A stretch of 64,000 nt of DNA from Bacteroidales bacterium (lineage in GTDB: Bacteria > Bacteroidota > Bacteroidia > Bacteroidales > UBA3663): NCBI GenBank assembly GCA_024694125.1, contig JAILKE010000024.1, positions 5,784 to 69,783 on the forward strand, in the 5' to 3' direction. How positions within the stretch are numbered: position 1 is the stretch's first letter; every line of letters begins with the position of its first letter. Below, piece by piece: positions 10,705 to 20,793 of this stretch. The notes beneath the pieces are model-generated. The model saw nothing but the letters and a program-made list of their open reading frames with translations, did not search any database and had not been told where the DNA came from. The position numbers and the translations under genes were made by a program.

Positions 10705-11147
10705 TGAGAGTTTATAGGAGTAAGTATGGAAGTCCTCTGGTAGATGTATATTGATTTCAATTAATGGAGAATATAAAGAACACCGTTTGGGAGTCTTGAA
10801 GTCATCCTAAACGCGGTATATTTGCCATGACAAATATACCTTCTGTCGCACCTTCGGCGCTCGATACAAACCCCTCGCTGCTCCGGTTGAAAACGGGGGC
10901 TCACGCCCCCGCCTGTATTCCCGCGGACCTTCGGCCCGCCGCCTGACTGGAACCCGAGTGTAAGAGTGTTTTGTTATGGTCTTGGTTTTCGTCCGAAGTC
11001 TTTTTAATTTCTCGCAGAGGAAAAAGAGTGTAAGAGCGTTTCCTGGGTGCGTTAATCTCTTTCCTCTCTATTTCTCAATGAGAGTATATAGGAGTAAGTA
11101 TGGAAGACCTCTGGTAGATGTATATTGATTTTGATTAATGGAGAATA
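10705..11147 (+). repeat. 69-bp direct repeats (10705-10773 and 11079-11147) bracketing REP-like copy 2
   Basis: TGAGAGTWTATAGGAGTAAGTATGGAAGWCCTCTGGTAGATGTATATTGATTT..ATTAATGGAGAATA occurs twice, with 4 mismatches. Confidence 0.85.
10811..10953 (-). repeat. Multi-hairpin REP-like element, copy 2
   Basis: Same sequence family as 6225-6367 and 31897-32040. Confidence 0.85.
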
Positions 11148-11285
11148 CTTGACGGCCTAACTGGGAAGAGTGGAAAGGTTTGCAAAGGAGCTTTCGTCCG
11201 TTTCGATTCTTTCGTGTTCACTTAAATAAGCAGATTGAACAAGATAGAAACGGATTTTCGGTTAACGTTCTGATTTCGTAAGAAG

Positions 11286-11354
11286 TATAGCCAAGTATAG
11301 GCAAAAGTATAGGGGGGTAAAATTTGGATTGGGGAAATATGATTAGTACCTTTG
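11286..11354 (+). promoter_or_regulatory. Bacteroidetes sigma-A promoter with a 35-bp upstream element
   Basis: TTTG (11323-26), N20, TACCTTTG (11347-54). The upstream 35-mer is identical in inverted orientation to 29538-29572. Confidence 0.7.
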
Positions 11355-11497
11355 CGCCGCGATTCAGCCAAAGACAGCTGTCGAGGTTGGACGCTTGCTT
11401 CGGAGAGGCGCTGGTGTGCTGTACTATAGGCGGCGAAGTCAGCCCGGACCGAAGTAAACGATCTTTGACATATTGGAAATAAAAGTGTAAGTCCTGC

Positions 11498-12229
11498 CTA
11501 GTGGACCAGCATGGCGATGACGGAGAGGATGGTGACAATCTGGATGAAGCGGCGGAAGGTCCGTTCGGGGATTACCTTGACCAGACGGATGCCGATCAGT
11601 GCACCCAGTCCAATGACAGGGAGCATGAGGAGGTTGAGGCGGAAGGTGTCCCAGGTGATATTGTCCCAAACGAAGATCTGCAGCGGGACCTTGAGCAGAT
11701 TGACCACCAGGAAGAACCAGGCATTGATACCGATGTAGGAGAGCTTGTCCTGTCGCATGGAGAGCAGATAGATGGACATCACCGGTCCGGCTGCATTGCC
11801 GATCATGGTGGTGAAACCGCCCAGCAAACCGAAGATGGCGGAGTACCACCAACGGTTCATCCAGCGGTTCTCCTTGCCGAAGATCTCGCTCCATATCATC
11901 ACGCCCATTGCCAATGCCAGGGTCCAACCCATCAGCATGCGGAACCTTTCGGTAGGGATGAGACTGTCCACCCAGATGGCAACGAAGAAGCCTAATACCG
12001 CCGTGGGTAACAGCCGCGCCACCACGCGCCAGTCCGCTATGCGTTTGTAATAGATCACGGCTATGACATCGGCCATACAGAGCATGGGTAATATAATTCC
12101 GGTTGATTCCTTGGCACCGAACGCCATGGCCATATAGGGCACGACGAGCAGCGTCATTCCCTGTATGCCCGTCTTGGACATTCCTATGCATAATGCCGTC
12201 AGGATAAGTATGGTGTATTCGAAAAGCAT
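11498..12229 (-). CDS. TauE/SafE family (sulfite exporter-like) membrane protein
   Basis: About 8 TM helices, with IGMSKTGIQG and GLLGGFTTMIGNAAGP motifs. Confidence 0.85.
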   Translation of the reverse strand: MLFEYTILILTALCIGMSKTGIQGMTLLVVPYMAMAFGAKESTGIILPMLCMADVIAVIYYKRIADWRVVARLLPTAVLGFFVAIWVDSLIPTERFRMLMGWTLALAMGVMIWSEIFGKENRWMNRWWYSAIFGLLGGFTTMIGNAAGPVMSIYLLSMRQDKLSYIGINAWFFLVVNLLKVPLQIFVWDNITWDTFRLNLLMLPVIGLGALIGIRLVKVIPERTFRRFIQIVTILSVIAMLVH

Positions 12230-12243
12230 TGGCCCTTGGTCAA

Positions 12244-12456
12244 AAAATTGAAAATTGAAAGTTGAAAATTGAAAGTGAAAGTTGAAAATTGAAAAGTGAA
12301 AATTGAAAATTGAAAGTTGGAAATTGAAAGTTGAAAGTTGAAAGTTGAAAGTTGAAAATTGAAAGTTGAAAATTGCAACCGATTAGCCGATTGTATCGTC
12401 CCTGTCACTTCCTTTTCACTTCCTTTTCACTCCCTTTTCACGTCTTTGTCACTTCC
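12244..12456 (-). repeat. Composite intergenic repeat: 11-mer array, GGGACGATACA anchor, (TTTYCAA-type) 7-mer array
   Basis: About 18 GAAARTT units at 12244-12374, TGTATCGTCCC at 12392-12402, then TCACTTCCTTT 11-mers. Confidence 0.85.
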
Positions 12457-12457
12457 A

Positions 12458-15400
12458 TTATAATTTCACCTTCCCACCGTCGCTGTGTGCGACGAACTGA
12501 GGAGCGTATTGGCTCTGGATAGTGGCGATGCCGAGAGCAAAGGAGCCGGTGTTGGTGACGTGGCAGTCGTAGGTGAGGACGTGGACACCCTTGGGGAGAC
12601 GTTGGATGAAGAAGTTGGTCTGGCTGTCCTTGGTCTCCTGGTAGTAGATGCAGTCCTCCCAACCGTAGTGAGAGAGCTGATCGACAGGTTCGAGGCAGGC
12701 GGGACGCTGGTCCGTGAGGGTGAGATACTCCAGCGCCTTGGAGCAAGTGACCACGAGGCGGACCTGCACCCGCTGGCCGATGGAGAGGTCAGCCTTGCCG
12801 CTGGTGGAGAGGCGGTACCACTGGCCCGCGCGGTCCTGAGCCCACAGCTCCTTGCGGATGGAGAGTTCGCTGACCGACTGGCGCTGTACCTGTTCCATGG
12901 GAGCCTCGTACTGATGGATGACGGCACCCCAGGCAGGGTGATACTGGGCACTGGTCACCTCGATGTGACGTACCGAGTCGGGCAGGTCAATGCGCATGTT
13001 GCCGAGCAGGGCATTGTCCGGTGAGTAGGTGAGAGGACGTCCATTGATGCTGATGCGCAGTGTGCTGGCGGAGTCCGGCTGGTCGTGCACCCAGTCCTGA
13101 CCAGTGCGCAACAGGGCATGGACGGCATCGGCTGCCAGGCTGGAGTTGCCCCAGTCGGAGGTCTGTTTCTCGAGCAACAGCCACTGACGGATGCGCTCTA
13201 TCTGTGAGGCATACTGATGGGGTGCAATCTCGCTGAAGGCATTGAGTATGACAGCGGTATGTGCGACTGGATGCGACCACGGGCCATCGGGCAGACGATC
13301 CCAGTACATGCCGCGCTCCGGATCACTGACTGCCAGCTGCGAGAGACTCTCGACGATGCGTGCGGCTGCCTCGTGCCGACCGGAACGGTGCAGAGTGATG
13401 GCACAGTAGGCACGGTCAGAGAGCGACACCTGACGCCAGTCGTCCTCCATGGCATGGAGCACCTTGCGGCGCAGTTGTTCCGTCTGCTGGCGGATGTGGG
13501 CTGATGCGTAGGGGCGCTGCTGGTCGAAGAGCGTGCAGATATAGGCATAGTCGGCAAAGCAGAGGTAATCGATGCGTTCGCGCCAGCGCTTGCTGTCACT
13601 GAGCCTGTCGAGCACCTCATGGTCCAGATACTGGAGGGCGCGATGGAGCATGTCATCCAGCATCGGGTCACCCTGACGGCAACCCAATAGGCGCATCTCG
13701 CCGAGCAGTTGCACCACTGCTGAGGTGGCCCAGTAGGAGGAATGGAGGTAGTGCGGGTTGGAGCACCACAGGAAGCCTCCATCGGGCATCTGCATCAGAC
13801 GGAGCGCACCGCACAGACGGTTGTAGTCGGCACTGTTCAATGTGGGATTGAGCAGTCGGCCCAGTGCCTGCATCCGCTCCTGCTGCATATCCGCCGCACG
13901 GAGCCAGGGCGATGCCTGGAGCGTACCGACCTTGAGGTCGCTGTTCCGGTAGAGCTGCGAGACCATGGGCAGATGGGGCTGCTGTTCGATGAGCGTGCCA
14001 GCCACACCGAGGGCGAAGAGCTGGTGTGCTATGCCTGTGCTGGTCGAGGCGGGAGCTTGCGCCACGCTGGGTAGTGCCTCGATGCAGTACCAGGTGGGGT
14101 TGCTGCATGCCATCAGCACGCTGCGTGACTGACGGGCGGCGGGGCGATGGACATCGAACGAGATGCTCCTGGTACCTGATGCAAGGAAGAAGGGTTGACC
14201 CTCGATGACCGGTGTGACGCAGGGCAGGACGGGGATGCGCTGCTGCTCGCCGTCGCCATTGCCCTGAGCATCGACCGCCTTGATGCGGAAGCCGATGTAG
14301 GGTTCGGCCGTAGGAGCTGTGCACGAGATGGAAACGGTCTGGGTGCCGCGTGGTTCCAGCCGAACCTGCTGACGGCGGCTGTCCAGGACCTGCTCAGTGC
14401 GCGGGTCGAAGAGTTCGACGAGGACCGAGGCCTGGATGGCCGAGTCCGAGGCATTCTGTACATTGGCCGAGAGTGTTGTCCCGTCGCCTGCACGGAGGAA
14501 CCGCGGCAGGGAGGGTTGTACCATGACGGGACGCTGGGCAACGACCTCGGTATGCCACAGGTCGGTGGCCAGTGACCGGGTGAAAGCCAATGCCTGCAGG
14601 TGCCAGGTGGCATTGTCCGACGGCATATCGAACGTGATCTGTACAATACCCGCCGAATCGGTGGTCAAGGTGGGGCGCCACAGCGCCACGTGCGTCTGGG
14701 TGGAGCGGACGGCTATATCGTCGAACGTAGTCTGGGCAACGGCATTGCCGGCAGCGTCCGCAGTGGACACTGCCACCTTGATTTCCTCGTCGTCATAGAC
14801 CGTGTTGACTTCTGCGGCGCGGGAAGCCCTCTTGGACGACTTGAGCGACAGTCCGGCTATGCGTCCCTGCAGGGCTTCGCCCAGCGAGCGGCGTCCGGAG
14901 CGAGAGCCGACTACTACTGTCTCGCACAGTGCCATGCTATAATCCAAAGCATAGGTGTCATTGAACTCCGGCGGGACGATGCCCATGATGCGGCGTATTA
15001 CTCCATAGAGCGGGTAACGAGACCTGTATTGATAGGTACGACCGTATGAATGTAAAGAGGAATAATGGAAAGAGGTAGAGAGGTAGTCGGGGGCAAACTG
15101 CCACTGATTGGACTGGAGTTGTTCCAGCGCCTTGCTGTAGAGGTCGAGCAGCATTCGGCCCTGTGCCGGACGTCCCTCGGCATCGGTCAGCCGGAGCGTC
15201 CACTGCTGCCTGCTGCCAGCTGCAACATGGTCGCGGAAGGACTGGACATTGATCTTGACCTCATCCCGCAGGGGCGAGAGCAGGGTGGCGGACTGTCGGG
15301 ACAATCGGTCATCTATGTAGCAGATGACCTCGACATTGAGCCGTTCGTCACGTGCGGCAGGCATGTCCAATGTCAGGTCGTGCATGCCGGCAGCAAAGTG

Positions 15401-18073
15401 CTTCCAGCCACGACTGACTATGCCCTGGCGCGACTCGGCTATATAATAGAGATGGAAGGCGCTGTGTGCTCCCACAGGGATGTGCGCCTTGCCGTCGGCC
15501 GTGACCTGCTGCAGGGCAGAGGGCATCCACAACCCCTGGACGCCACGTGGAGCCAACCGGTCAGAGCGGCGGAAGAGGATGACCTCCCGTTCAAAGCCAT
15601 TGTCGGCAGGTTGGCCCTCGACGCGGGCGGACAGGATGTAGGTACCCGACGGAACGGCACTCCAATCGACCGATGGACGCTGGGCTGGGAATGTGCCCTG
15701 ACGGACCAGCTGCCTGCTGCCGGCATCGGTCAGCGTATAGCGGCAGATGACATCGGTGGTGGCGGTGTCGGCACTCTGGTAGGTGATGGGCAATGGGTAC
15801 AGACCCGTGTCGGGCAGGAGCAGGGCTGTCTGGTCGAGCTGGATGCGGCGACTGTGACCGATGCGTATGCTGGTGTGGGCTGTCTGGGTCTCGCCAGCCA
15901 GGTCGGTGCACTGGACATCGACGCTGATACGGAATGCGTCGGAATGAGATGAGTCCTCTATCCAGCCGTAGGGGCATCGGTACTCGAAGTTGCCCTCCTG
16001 GTCGGTAGTGGCAGTGCCGGAGTGTCGGCCCAGATTGCTCCCCCAGAACCACATGCGTGAGGCCTCGAGGTTGCACTGTATGGTGCCGTTGGACACGGGC
16101 AGACCGCTGTAGGACAATGCCTTGCCGCGGATGACGAGCAGGGAGTCGGACCGGGACTGCCCCTGGGGCGTGCCCGACAGATCGACGTAGAAGGTGGGCG
16201 CCTTGTACTCGCTGACCTGGATGAAGTGGGTAGCTATGGCCGAATTGCGCAACCCGGTAGGACTCTCCAGTTCGAGGCGGTATGTGCCGTTCATACGGTC
16301 AGTGGGCAGGGTGAACTGCTCGGTCAGTTGGCCCCAGTCATCGGCAGTGACACTCTTGGCAGCGAGTTTCTTGTGATTGGGGTCGTACAGGGTCAATGTA
16401 TAGAACTTGCCATCGGTGATGAGCCGGCGACTGGTTGTGCCGAGCTGATACAGGATGGCCGTGACGCGGACCTTTTCGCCAGGACGATAGATGGCCAGGT
16501 CGGTGAAAATCTGTGCGCTGATGGGCTCCCAGCGTTGGGGAAACTGTTTGCGCCGCGCATAGTTGGTCCTATCCAATTTGTTCAGATAGATGTCGTCGCC
16601 GCGGTGCAGGATGTAGTAGTAATACGACCCGTCGCAACCTGTGACAGCGCCGTTAAGGTCAGTCGTGCCCTGCATGGGGAATTGTAATTCTGGGTACCGA
16701 GAATACTCGACAGTGACACCCTCCTGCGGGGCTCCGTCCAGCGCATTGATGGCGAAGATGTCGATAGTGTCAGCCGTGCTGACCGCGAAGGTGCGCAGGT
16801 CCGAGACTGTGAATAAGTGATTGCTGGCTCGATTCAAATATTCATCATCATACTTCTTGGGGCACACCCATCGGCCTTGATCATCGCGCAATGAGGTGGT
16901 GGTGAAATAGACTCCGTAGGGTTGTGCCGGGAAAGAGGCGTGGCAGGTCTGCTGGCCAAGGCTGTCGTGATGGACTATAACCTCGTCGATGTATTGTAGC
17001 TGCGATAAGCGGACCTTGTCGAATTTGTTCAACAGCTTGTCCGGCATGCGGTACAGAGTGACCTTACACTCGGCTGCATTGTCGTCCATGAACCTGACGC
17101 TGACGGAGATGTCCTGACGTGAAGTGTAGCAGGGGTGGATTTCGGTCTCGACATTGGCTATGTCCCATATATCGATTTGGTTCTGGACATAGGGGGTGAA
17201 GGGGGAACGGGGATAGGCCGCAACGTAGCGCTGACAGTCGTCGTACGATGTCTGTCTGTGCATTCCAGACCCATGCAGGGTGTAGAGCAGACCGACTTCG
17301 GGTTGATTGCGATACTGGGCAATGAGTGAGTCTATGTCCTGCTGGTTCCAGTCCGAAGTGTTGTAGCTGATGTAGATGCGGGGATAGAGACTCTGGTCCT
17401 GGGCGTGGACATTGAGCCACTGCATACGCAGGTCCTTCCGCTGTGACTGTGGATGGGAGGGAAGGGTGGAGAATTTCTTTTCGGCCAACAAATCGAACAG
17501 ATAGGGCATGCAACGTTGTCCCCATTCATCGCCGGGATGGACGATGCCCTGATAGTGGGTACAGGGCTGCATCAGTGCCGATATGTCGCCATTGCCCAAC
17601 GGGTCGAGCGCACGGTCAAGGAAGGCGTCCCGAAGACTGTCCCTGCGGGAACTGCTCCACCGGGTAATGTCGTCGCTCTCATCATCTCCTTTCTCCAAAC
17701 TGAACCACATATTAGCATATCGGTTGAGTAACTCGCTCTTGTAGTAATAGAGTATAGCATTGTAATCGGGTGAAAGATGTCCTACCTGCATCACGGAATC
17801 AATCACGGTGAGTGCACTGCCGAGGTTCCGCTCTGAGATGTAGATGCGCGACTTGCCAATCTGCATGGCCGCCAGGACGATATCGTGCTGGTTGCCCTCC
17901 CGGAGGGCCTGGTGCAATGCCACGTAGGCATTGGCCTCGACCTCCCTGGGAAAATCGAAGTCGGGTTTCTGGAACGTGTTGGCTGCCTGGACGTCGGACA
18001 TAAATCCGCTCAATACTATGGTAAGCGTGAGGATTGATCTGGTAATATGTTGTAATGCCTTCATAATAGTCAT
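12458..18073 (-). CDS. Bacterial alpha-2-macroglobulin family protein
   Basis: FTDLAIYRPGE (MG2), QVSEYKAPTF, PSLPRFLRAGD and DQRPACLEP motifs; 1871 aa with a signal peptide. Confidence 0.92.
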   Translation of the reverse strand: MTIMKALQHITRSILTLTIVLSGFMSDVQAANTFQKPDFDFPREVEANAYVALHQALREGNQHDIVLAAMQIGKSRIYISERNLGSALTVIDSVMQVGHLSPDYNAILYYYKSELLNRYANMWFSLEKGDDESDDITRWSSSRRDSLRDAFLDRALDPLGNGDISALMQPCTHYQGIVHPGDEWGQRCMPYLFDLLAEKKFSTLPSHPQSQRKDLRMQWLNVHAQDQSLYPRIYISYNTSDWNQQDIDSLIAQYRNQPEVGLLYTLHGSGMHRQTSYDDCQRYVAAYPRSPFTPYVQNQIDIWDIANVETEIHPCYTSRQDISVSVRFMDDNAAECKVTLYRMPDKLLNKFDKVRLSQLQYIDEVIVHHDSLGQQTCHASFPAQPYGVYFTTTSLRDDQGRWVCPKKYDDEYLNRASNHLFTVSDLRTFAVSTADTIDIFAINALDGAPQEGVTVEYSRYPELQFPMQGTTDLNGAVTGCDGSYYYYILHRGDDIYLNKLDRTNYARRKQFPQRWEPISAQIFTDLAIYRPGEKVRVTAILYQLGTTSRRLITDGKFYTLTLYDPNHKKLAAKSVTADDWGQLTEQFTLPTDRMNGTYRLELESPTGLRNSAIATHFIQVSEYKAPTFYVDLSGTPQGQSRSDSLLVIRGKALSYSGLPVSNGTIQCNLEASRMWFWGSNLGRHSGTATTDQEGNFEYRCPYGWIEDSSHSDAFRISVDVQCTDLAGETQTAHTSIRIGHSRRIQLDQTALLLPDTGLYPLPITYQSADTATTDVICRYTLTDAGSRQLVRQGTFPAQRPSVDWSAVPSGTYILSARVEGQPADNGFEREVILFRRSDRLAPRGVQGLWMPSALQQVTADGKAHIPVGAHSAFHLYYIAESRQGIVSRGWKHFAAGMHDLTLDMPAARDERLNVEVICYIDDRLSRQSATLLSPLRDEVKINVQSFRDHVAAGSRQQWTLRLTDAEGRPAQGRMLLDLYSKALEQLQSNQWQFAPDYLSTSFHYSSLHSYGRTYQYRSRYPLYGVIRRIMGIVPPEFNDTYALDYSMALCETVVVGSRSGRRSLGEALQGRIAGLSLKSSKRASRAAEVNTVYDDEEIKVAVSTADAAGNAVAQTTFDDIAVRSTQTHVALWRPTLTTDSAGIVQITFDMPSDNATWHLQALAFTRSLATDLWHTEVVAQRPVMVQPSLPRFLRAGDGTTLSANVQNASDSAIQASVLVELFDPRTEQVLDSRRQQVRLEPRGTQTVSISCTAPTAEPYIGFRIKAVDAQGNGDGEQQRIPVLPCVTPVIEGQPFFLASGTRSISFDVHRPAARQSRSVLMACSNPTWYCIEALPSVAQAPASTSTGIAHQLFALGVAGTLIEQQPHLPMVSQLYRNSDLKVGTLQASPWLRAADMQQERMQALGRLLNPTLNSADYNRLCGALRLMQMPDGGFLWCSNPHYLHSSYWATSAVVQLLGEMRLLGCRQGDPMLDDMLHRALQYLDHEVLDRLSDSKRWRERIDYLCFADYAYICTLFDQQRPYASAHIRQQTEQLRRKVLHAMEDDWRQVSLSDRAYCAITLHRSGRHEAAARIVESLSQLAVSDPERGMYWDRLPDGPWSHPVAHTAVILNAFSEIAPHQYASQIERIRQWLLLEKQTSDWGNSSLAADAVHALLRTGQDWVHDQPDSASTLRISINGRPLTYSPDNALLGNMRIDLPDSVRHIEVTSAQYHPAWGAVIHQYEAPMEQVQRQSVSELSIRKELWAQDRAGQWYRLSTSGKADLSIGQRVQVRLVVTCSKALEYLTLTDQRPACLEPVDQLSHYGWEDCIYYQETKDSQTNFFIQRLPKGVHVLTYDCHVTNTGSFALGIATIQSQYAPQFVAHSDGGKVKL

Positions 18074-18158
18074 GTGAATAGGGGATGATGAATAAACGGG
18101 ACTTGCTGAAGGACGGGCTGACGTCGGTCCCTCGCAAATCCCGTAGGTTGAGATTGTC

Positions 18159-19352
18159 TTATCGGCCGTTGTACATACTCTCGTAGTACTTCTCGTACTC
18201 GCCCGATGTGATGTTGTCCATCCATTCCTGATGGTCGAGGTACCAGCGGACGGTGCGCTCTATGCCCTCCTCGAACTGCAGGGAAGGCTCCCAGCCCAGT
18301 TCGCGTTGCAGCTTGGTCGAATCGATGGCATATCGGGCATCGTGACCCAAGCGGTCCGTGACGTAGGTGATGAGGTCGAGGTCCTCGCCCTCCTTGCGCC
18401 CCAGAATCCTATCGACCGTCTTGATGACCACCTTGATGATGTCGATGTTCTTCCACTCGTTGAAGCCGCCGATGTTGTAGGTCTCGGCCACTTTGCCCTG
18501 GTGGAAGATGAGGTCGATGGCACGGGCGTGATCCTCGACAAAGAGCCAGTCGCGGACGTTCTCTCCCTTGCCATAGACAGGGAGCGGCTTGCGGTGGCGG
18601 ATATTGTTGATGAAGAGCGGAATCAACTTCTCGGGGAACTGGTAGGGACCATAGTTGTTCGAACAGTTGGTCACGATGGTCGGCATGCCGTATGTGTCGT
18701 GGAAGGCACGGACGAAGTGGTCGCTCGAAGCCTTGGATGCCGAGTAGGGTGAGTGGGGATTGTACTTGGTCGTCTCGTGGAAGAACTCATCGCCGTAGGC
18801 CTCGTGCTGGGTGCTCGATGCCTTGGTCGAGAAGGGTGCTGCCACTCCCTCAGGATGATTCATCTGGAGCGCTCCGTACACCTCGTCGGTCGAGATGTGG
18901 TAGAAGCGCTTGCCCTCATACCGCTCGGGCAGGCTCTCCCAGTAGAGCTTGGCTGCCTGCAGCAGGCTGAGCGTGCCCATCACGTTGGTGCGGGCGAAGG
19001 TGAAGGGATCCTTGATCGACCTATCGACGTGGCTCTCGGCTGCCAGATGGATGATGCCATCGACGTGCTCGTCCTGCATCAACTGATAGAAGGCATCGAA
19101 GTCGCAGATGTCCATCTTGACGAACTTGTAGTTGGGCTTGCCTTCGACATCCTTCAGATTGGCCAGGTTGCCTGCATAGGTCAGCTTGTCCAGATTGATG
19201 ATCTTATAGTCGGGATACTTATTGACAAAGAGTCTTACGACGTGACTGCCGATGAAGCCGGCACCACCCGTGATAACGATAGTACGAGACCCCCTCTTAT
19301 CCCCCTGTTTAGGGGGAAGGTTCTCCGCCTGAATAGAATTTTGCTGTGACAT
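18159..19352 (-). CDS. rfbB: dTDP-glucose 4,6-dehydratase
   Basis: ITGGAGFIGSH, DKLTYAGN, HLAAESHVDRSI, STDEVYG, YSASK and NNYGPYQFPEKLIP. Confidence 0.97.
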   Translation of the reverse strand: MSQQNSIQAENLPPKQGDKRGSRTIVITGGAGFIGSHVVRLFVNKYPDYKIINLDKLTYAGNLANLKDVEGKPNYKFVKMDICDFDAFYQLMQDEHVDGIIHLAAESHVDRSIKDPFTFARTNVMGTLSLLQAAKLYWESLPERYEGKRFYHISTDEVYGALQMNHPEGVAAPFSTKASSTQHEAYGDEFFHETTKYNPHSPYSASKASSDHFVRAFHDTYGMPTIVTNCSNNYGPYQFPEKLIPLFINNIRHRKPLPVYGKGENVRDWLFVEDHARAIDLIFHQGKVAETYNIGGFNEWKNIDIIKVVIKTVDRILGRKEGEDLDLITYVTDRLGHDARYAIDSTKLQRELGWEPSLQFEEGIERTVRWYLDHQEWMDNITSGEYEKYYESMYNGR

Positions 19353-19913
19353 ATTTTGTATTTTGATTATTTACAAATTTTATTTGGTGATATATGAAAT
19401 TTCAGAGAACTATTTCCCCTTGAGGCAATCCTTGATGCAAGTCTCAACTGTAGCAAGGGTGTTGTCAATGTCAAAGAGTACCTGAGCATTGGTGAAACGA
19501 AGCACTCTGTATCCTAATGATTCCAGCCACTGTTGCCGCAGGCTATCGTCCATCTCTTGTGTCCGTTCAGAATGGTATCCTCCATCTATCTCAACGATAA
19601 GCTGGGCATCTCTGCACAGAAAATCGACTATATAATCGCCTATGATGTGTTGACGTACGAATTTGTGTCCCAGTGATTGTCCCTTGACACAATACCAAAA
19701 GACTTTCTCTGCATCAGTCATATTCTCGCGGTTCTCACGCGCAAATGCTCTCAGCAGTTCATATCTGTCCGAACTTGCGGTACGCCAATTCATAGCCTAT
19801 TCTGTTTCTTTTGTAGAAGCCCCTTGATTGAGGCGACCGTAACGGTTTACATAATCAGAGACGACAGTATGTGGTAACTCAAGTCCCCCTAAGCAGGGGG
19901 ATTTAGGGGGTCT
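19287..19913. mobile_element. DUF559 cassette bounded by about 30-bp palindromic inverted repeats
   Basis: AGACCCCCTCTTATCCCCCTGTTTAGGGGGA (19287-19317) matches the reverse complement of 19884-19913, AGACCCCCTAAATCCCCCTGCTTAGGGGGA. Confidence 0.6.
19410..19793 (-). CDS. DUF559 (Vsr-like) endonuclease domain protein
   Basis: ARENRENMTDAE, FVRQHIIGDYIVDF, VEIDGGYH and GYRVLRFTN. Confidence 0.92.
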   Translation of the reverse strand: MNWRTASSDRYELLRAFARENRENMTDAEKVFWYCVKGQSLGHKFVRQHIIGDYIVDFLCRDAQLIVEIDGGYHSERTQEMDDSLRQQWLESLGYRVLRFTNAQVLFDIDNTLATVETCIKDCLKGK

Positions 19914-20793
19914 TTTTCAGCTCCTCAATGACTTTGAGCAGGTATTGGCCATACTGATTCTTGATCATAGGCTGGGCCAGTTGGCGCATCTTGGCCTCGT
20001 CGATCCAGCCCTGGCGATAGGCGATACCCTCCAGGCAGGCAACCTTGAGGCCCTGACGCTTCTCGATGACCTCGATGAAGGTGGAAGCCTCGGACAGAGA
20101 ATCGTGTGTGCCCGTATCGAGCCAGGCAAAACCGCGGCCGAGGGTCTGCACGAGCAGTTCCTTGTCATCGAGGAACCACTGATTGACCGTAGTGATCTCC
20201 AGTTCGCCGCGGGCAGAGGGCTTGATGTTCTTCGCCACATTGACGACCTTGTTCGGATAGAAATAGAGACCGACCACAGCGTAGTTGCTCTTGGGCTGGG
20301 CGGGTTTCTCCTCGATGCTCAGGCAGTTGCCCTGCTTGTCGAACTCAGCCACACCGTAGCGCTCGGGATCATTGACCCAATAACCGAAGACTGTGGCCTT
20401 GTTGTTCTGCTCGGCATCAATGACCGCTTTCTTGAGCATAGCGGTAAAACCGTTGCCGTGGAAGATATTGTCGCCCAGTACGAGGCACACCGAGTCATTG
20501 CCGATGAACTGCTCGCCGATCAGGAAGGCCTGGGCCAATCCGTCGGGTGAGGGTTGCTCGGCGTACTCGAAGTGGACGCCGTAGTCCGAGCCGTCGCCCA
20601 GGAGACGCTTGAATCCGGGCAGGTCGTAGGGGGTAGATATAATGAGTATGTCGCGTATGCCAGCCAACATCAATACGGATATCGGGTAATAGACCATAGG
20701 TTTGTCGTAGATAGGAATCAACTGCTTGCTGACACCCTTAGTGATGGGGTAGAGGCGAGTGCCGCTGCCACCTGCCAAAACTATTCCTTTCAT
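19903..20793 (-). CDS. rfbA: Glucose-1-phosphate thymidylyltransferase
   Basis: [38 protein letters not shown] and WLDTGT. Confidence 0.97.
   Translation of the reverse strand: MKGIVLAGGSGTRLYPITKGVSKQLIPIYDKPMVYYPISVLMLAGIRDILIISTPYDLPGFKRLLGDGSDYGVHFEYAEQPSPDGLAQAFLIGEQFIGNDSVCLVLGDNIFHGNGFTAMLKKAVIDAEQNNKATVFGYWVNDPERYGVAEFDKQGNCLSIEEKPAQPKSNYAVVGLYFYPNKVVNVAKNIKPSARGELEITTVNQWFLDDKELLVQTLGRGFAWLDTGTHDSLSEASTFIEVIEKRQGLKVACLEGIAYRQGWIDEAKMRQLAQPMIKNQYGQYLLKVIEELKKTP

Noticed and set aside
12199-12408. Small ORF with FNFQLST repeats
   Set aside because: Translation artefact of the 7-mer DNA array.
18159-20793. Complete dTDP-rhamnose or capsule locus
   Set aside because: Only rfbA and rfbB are present; no rfbC/rfbD or glycosyltransferases in the window.
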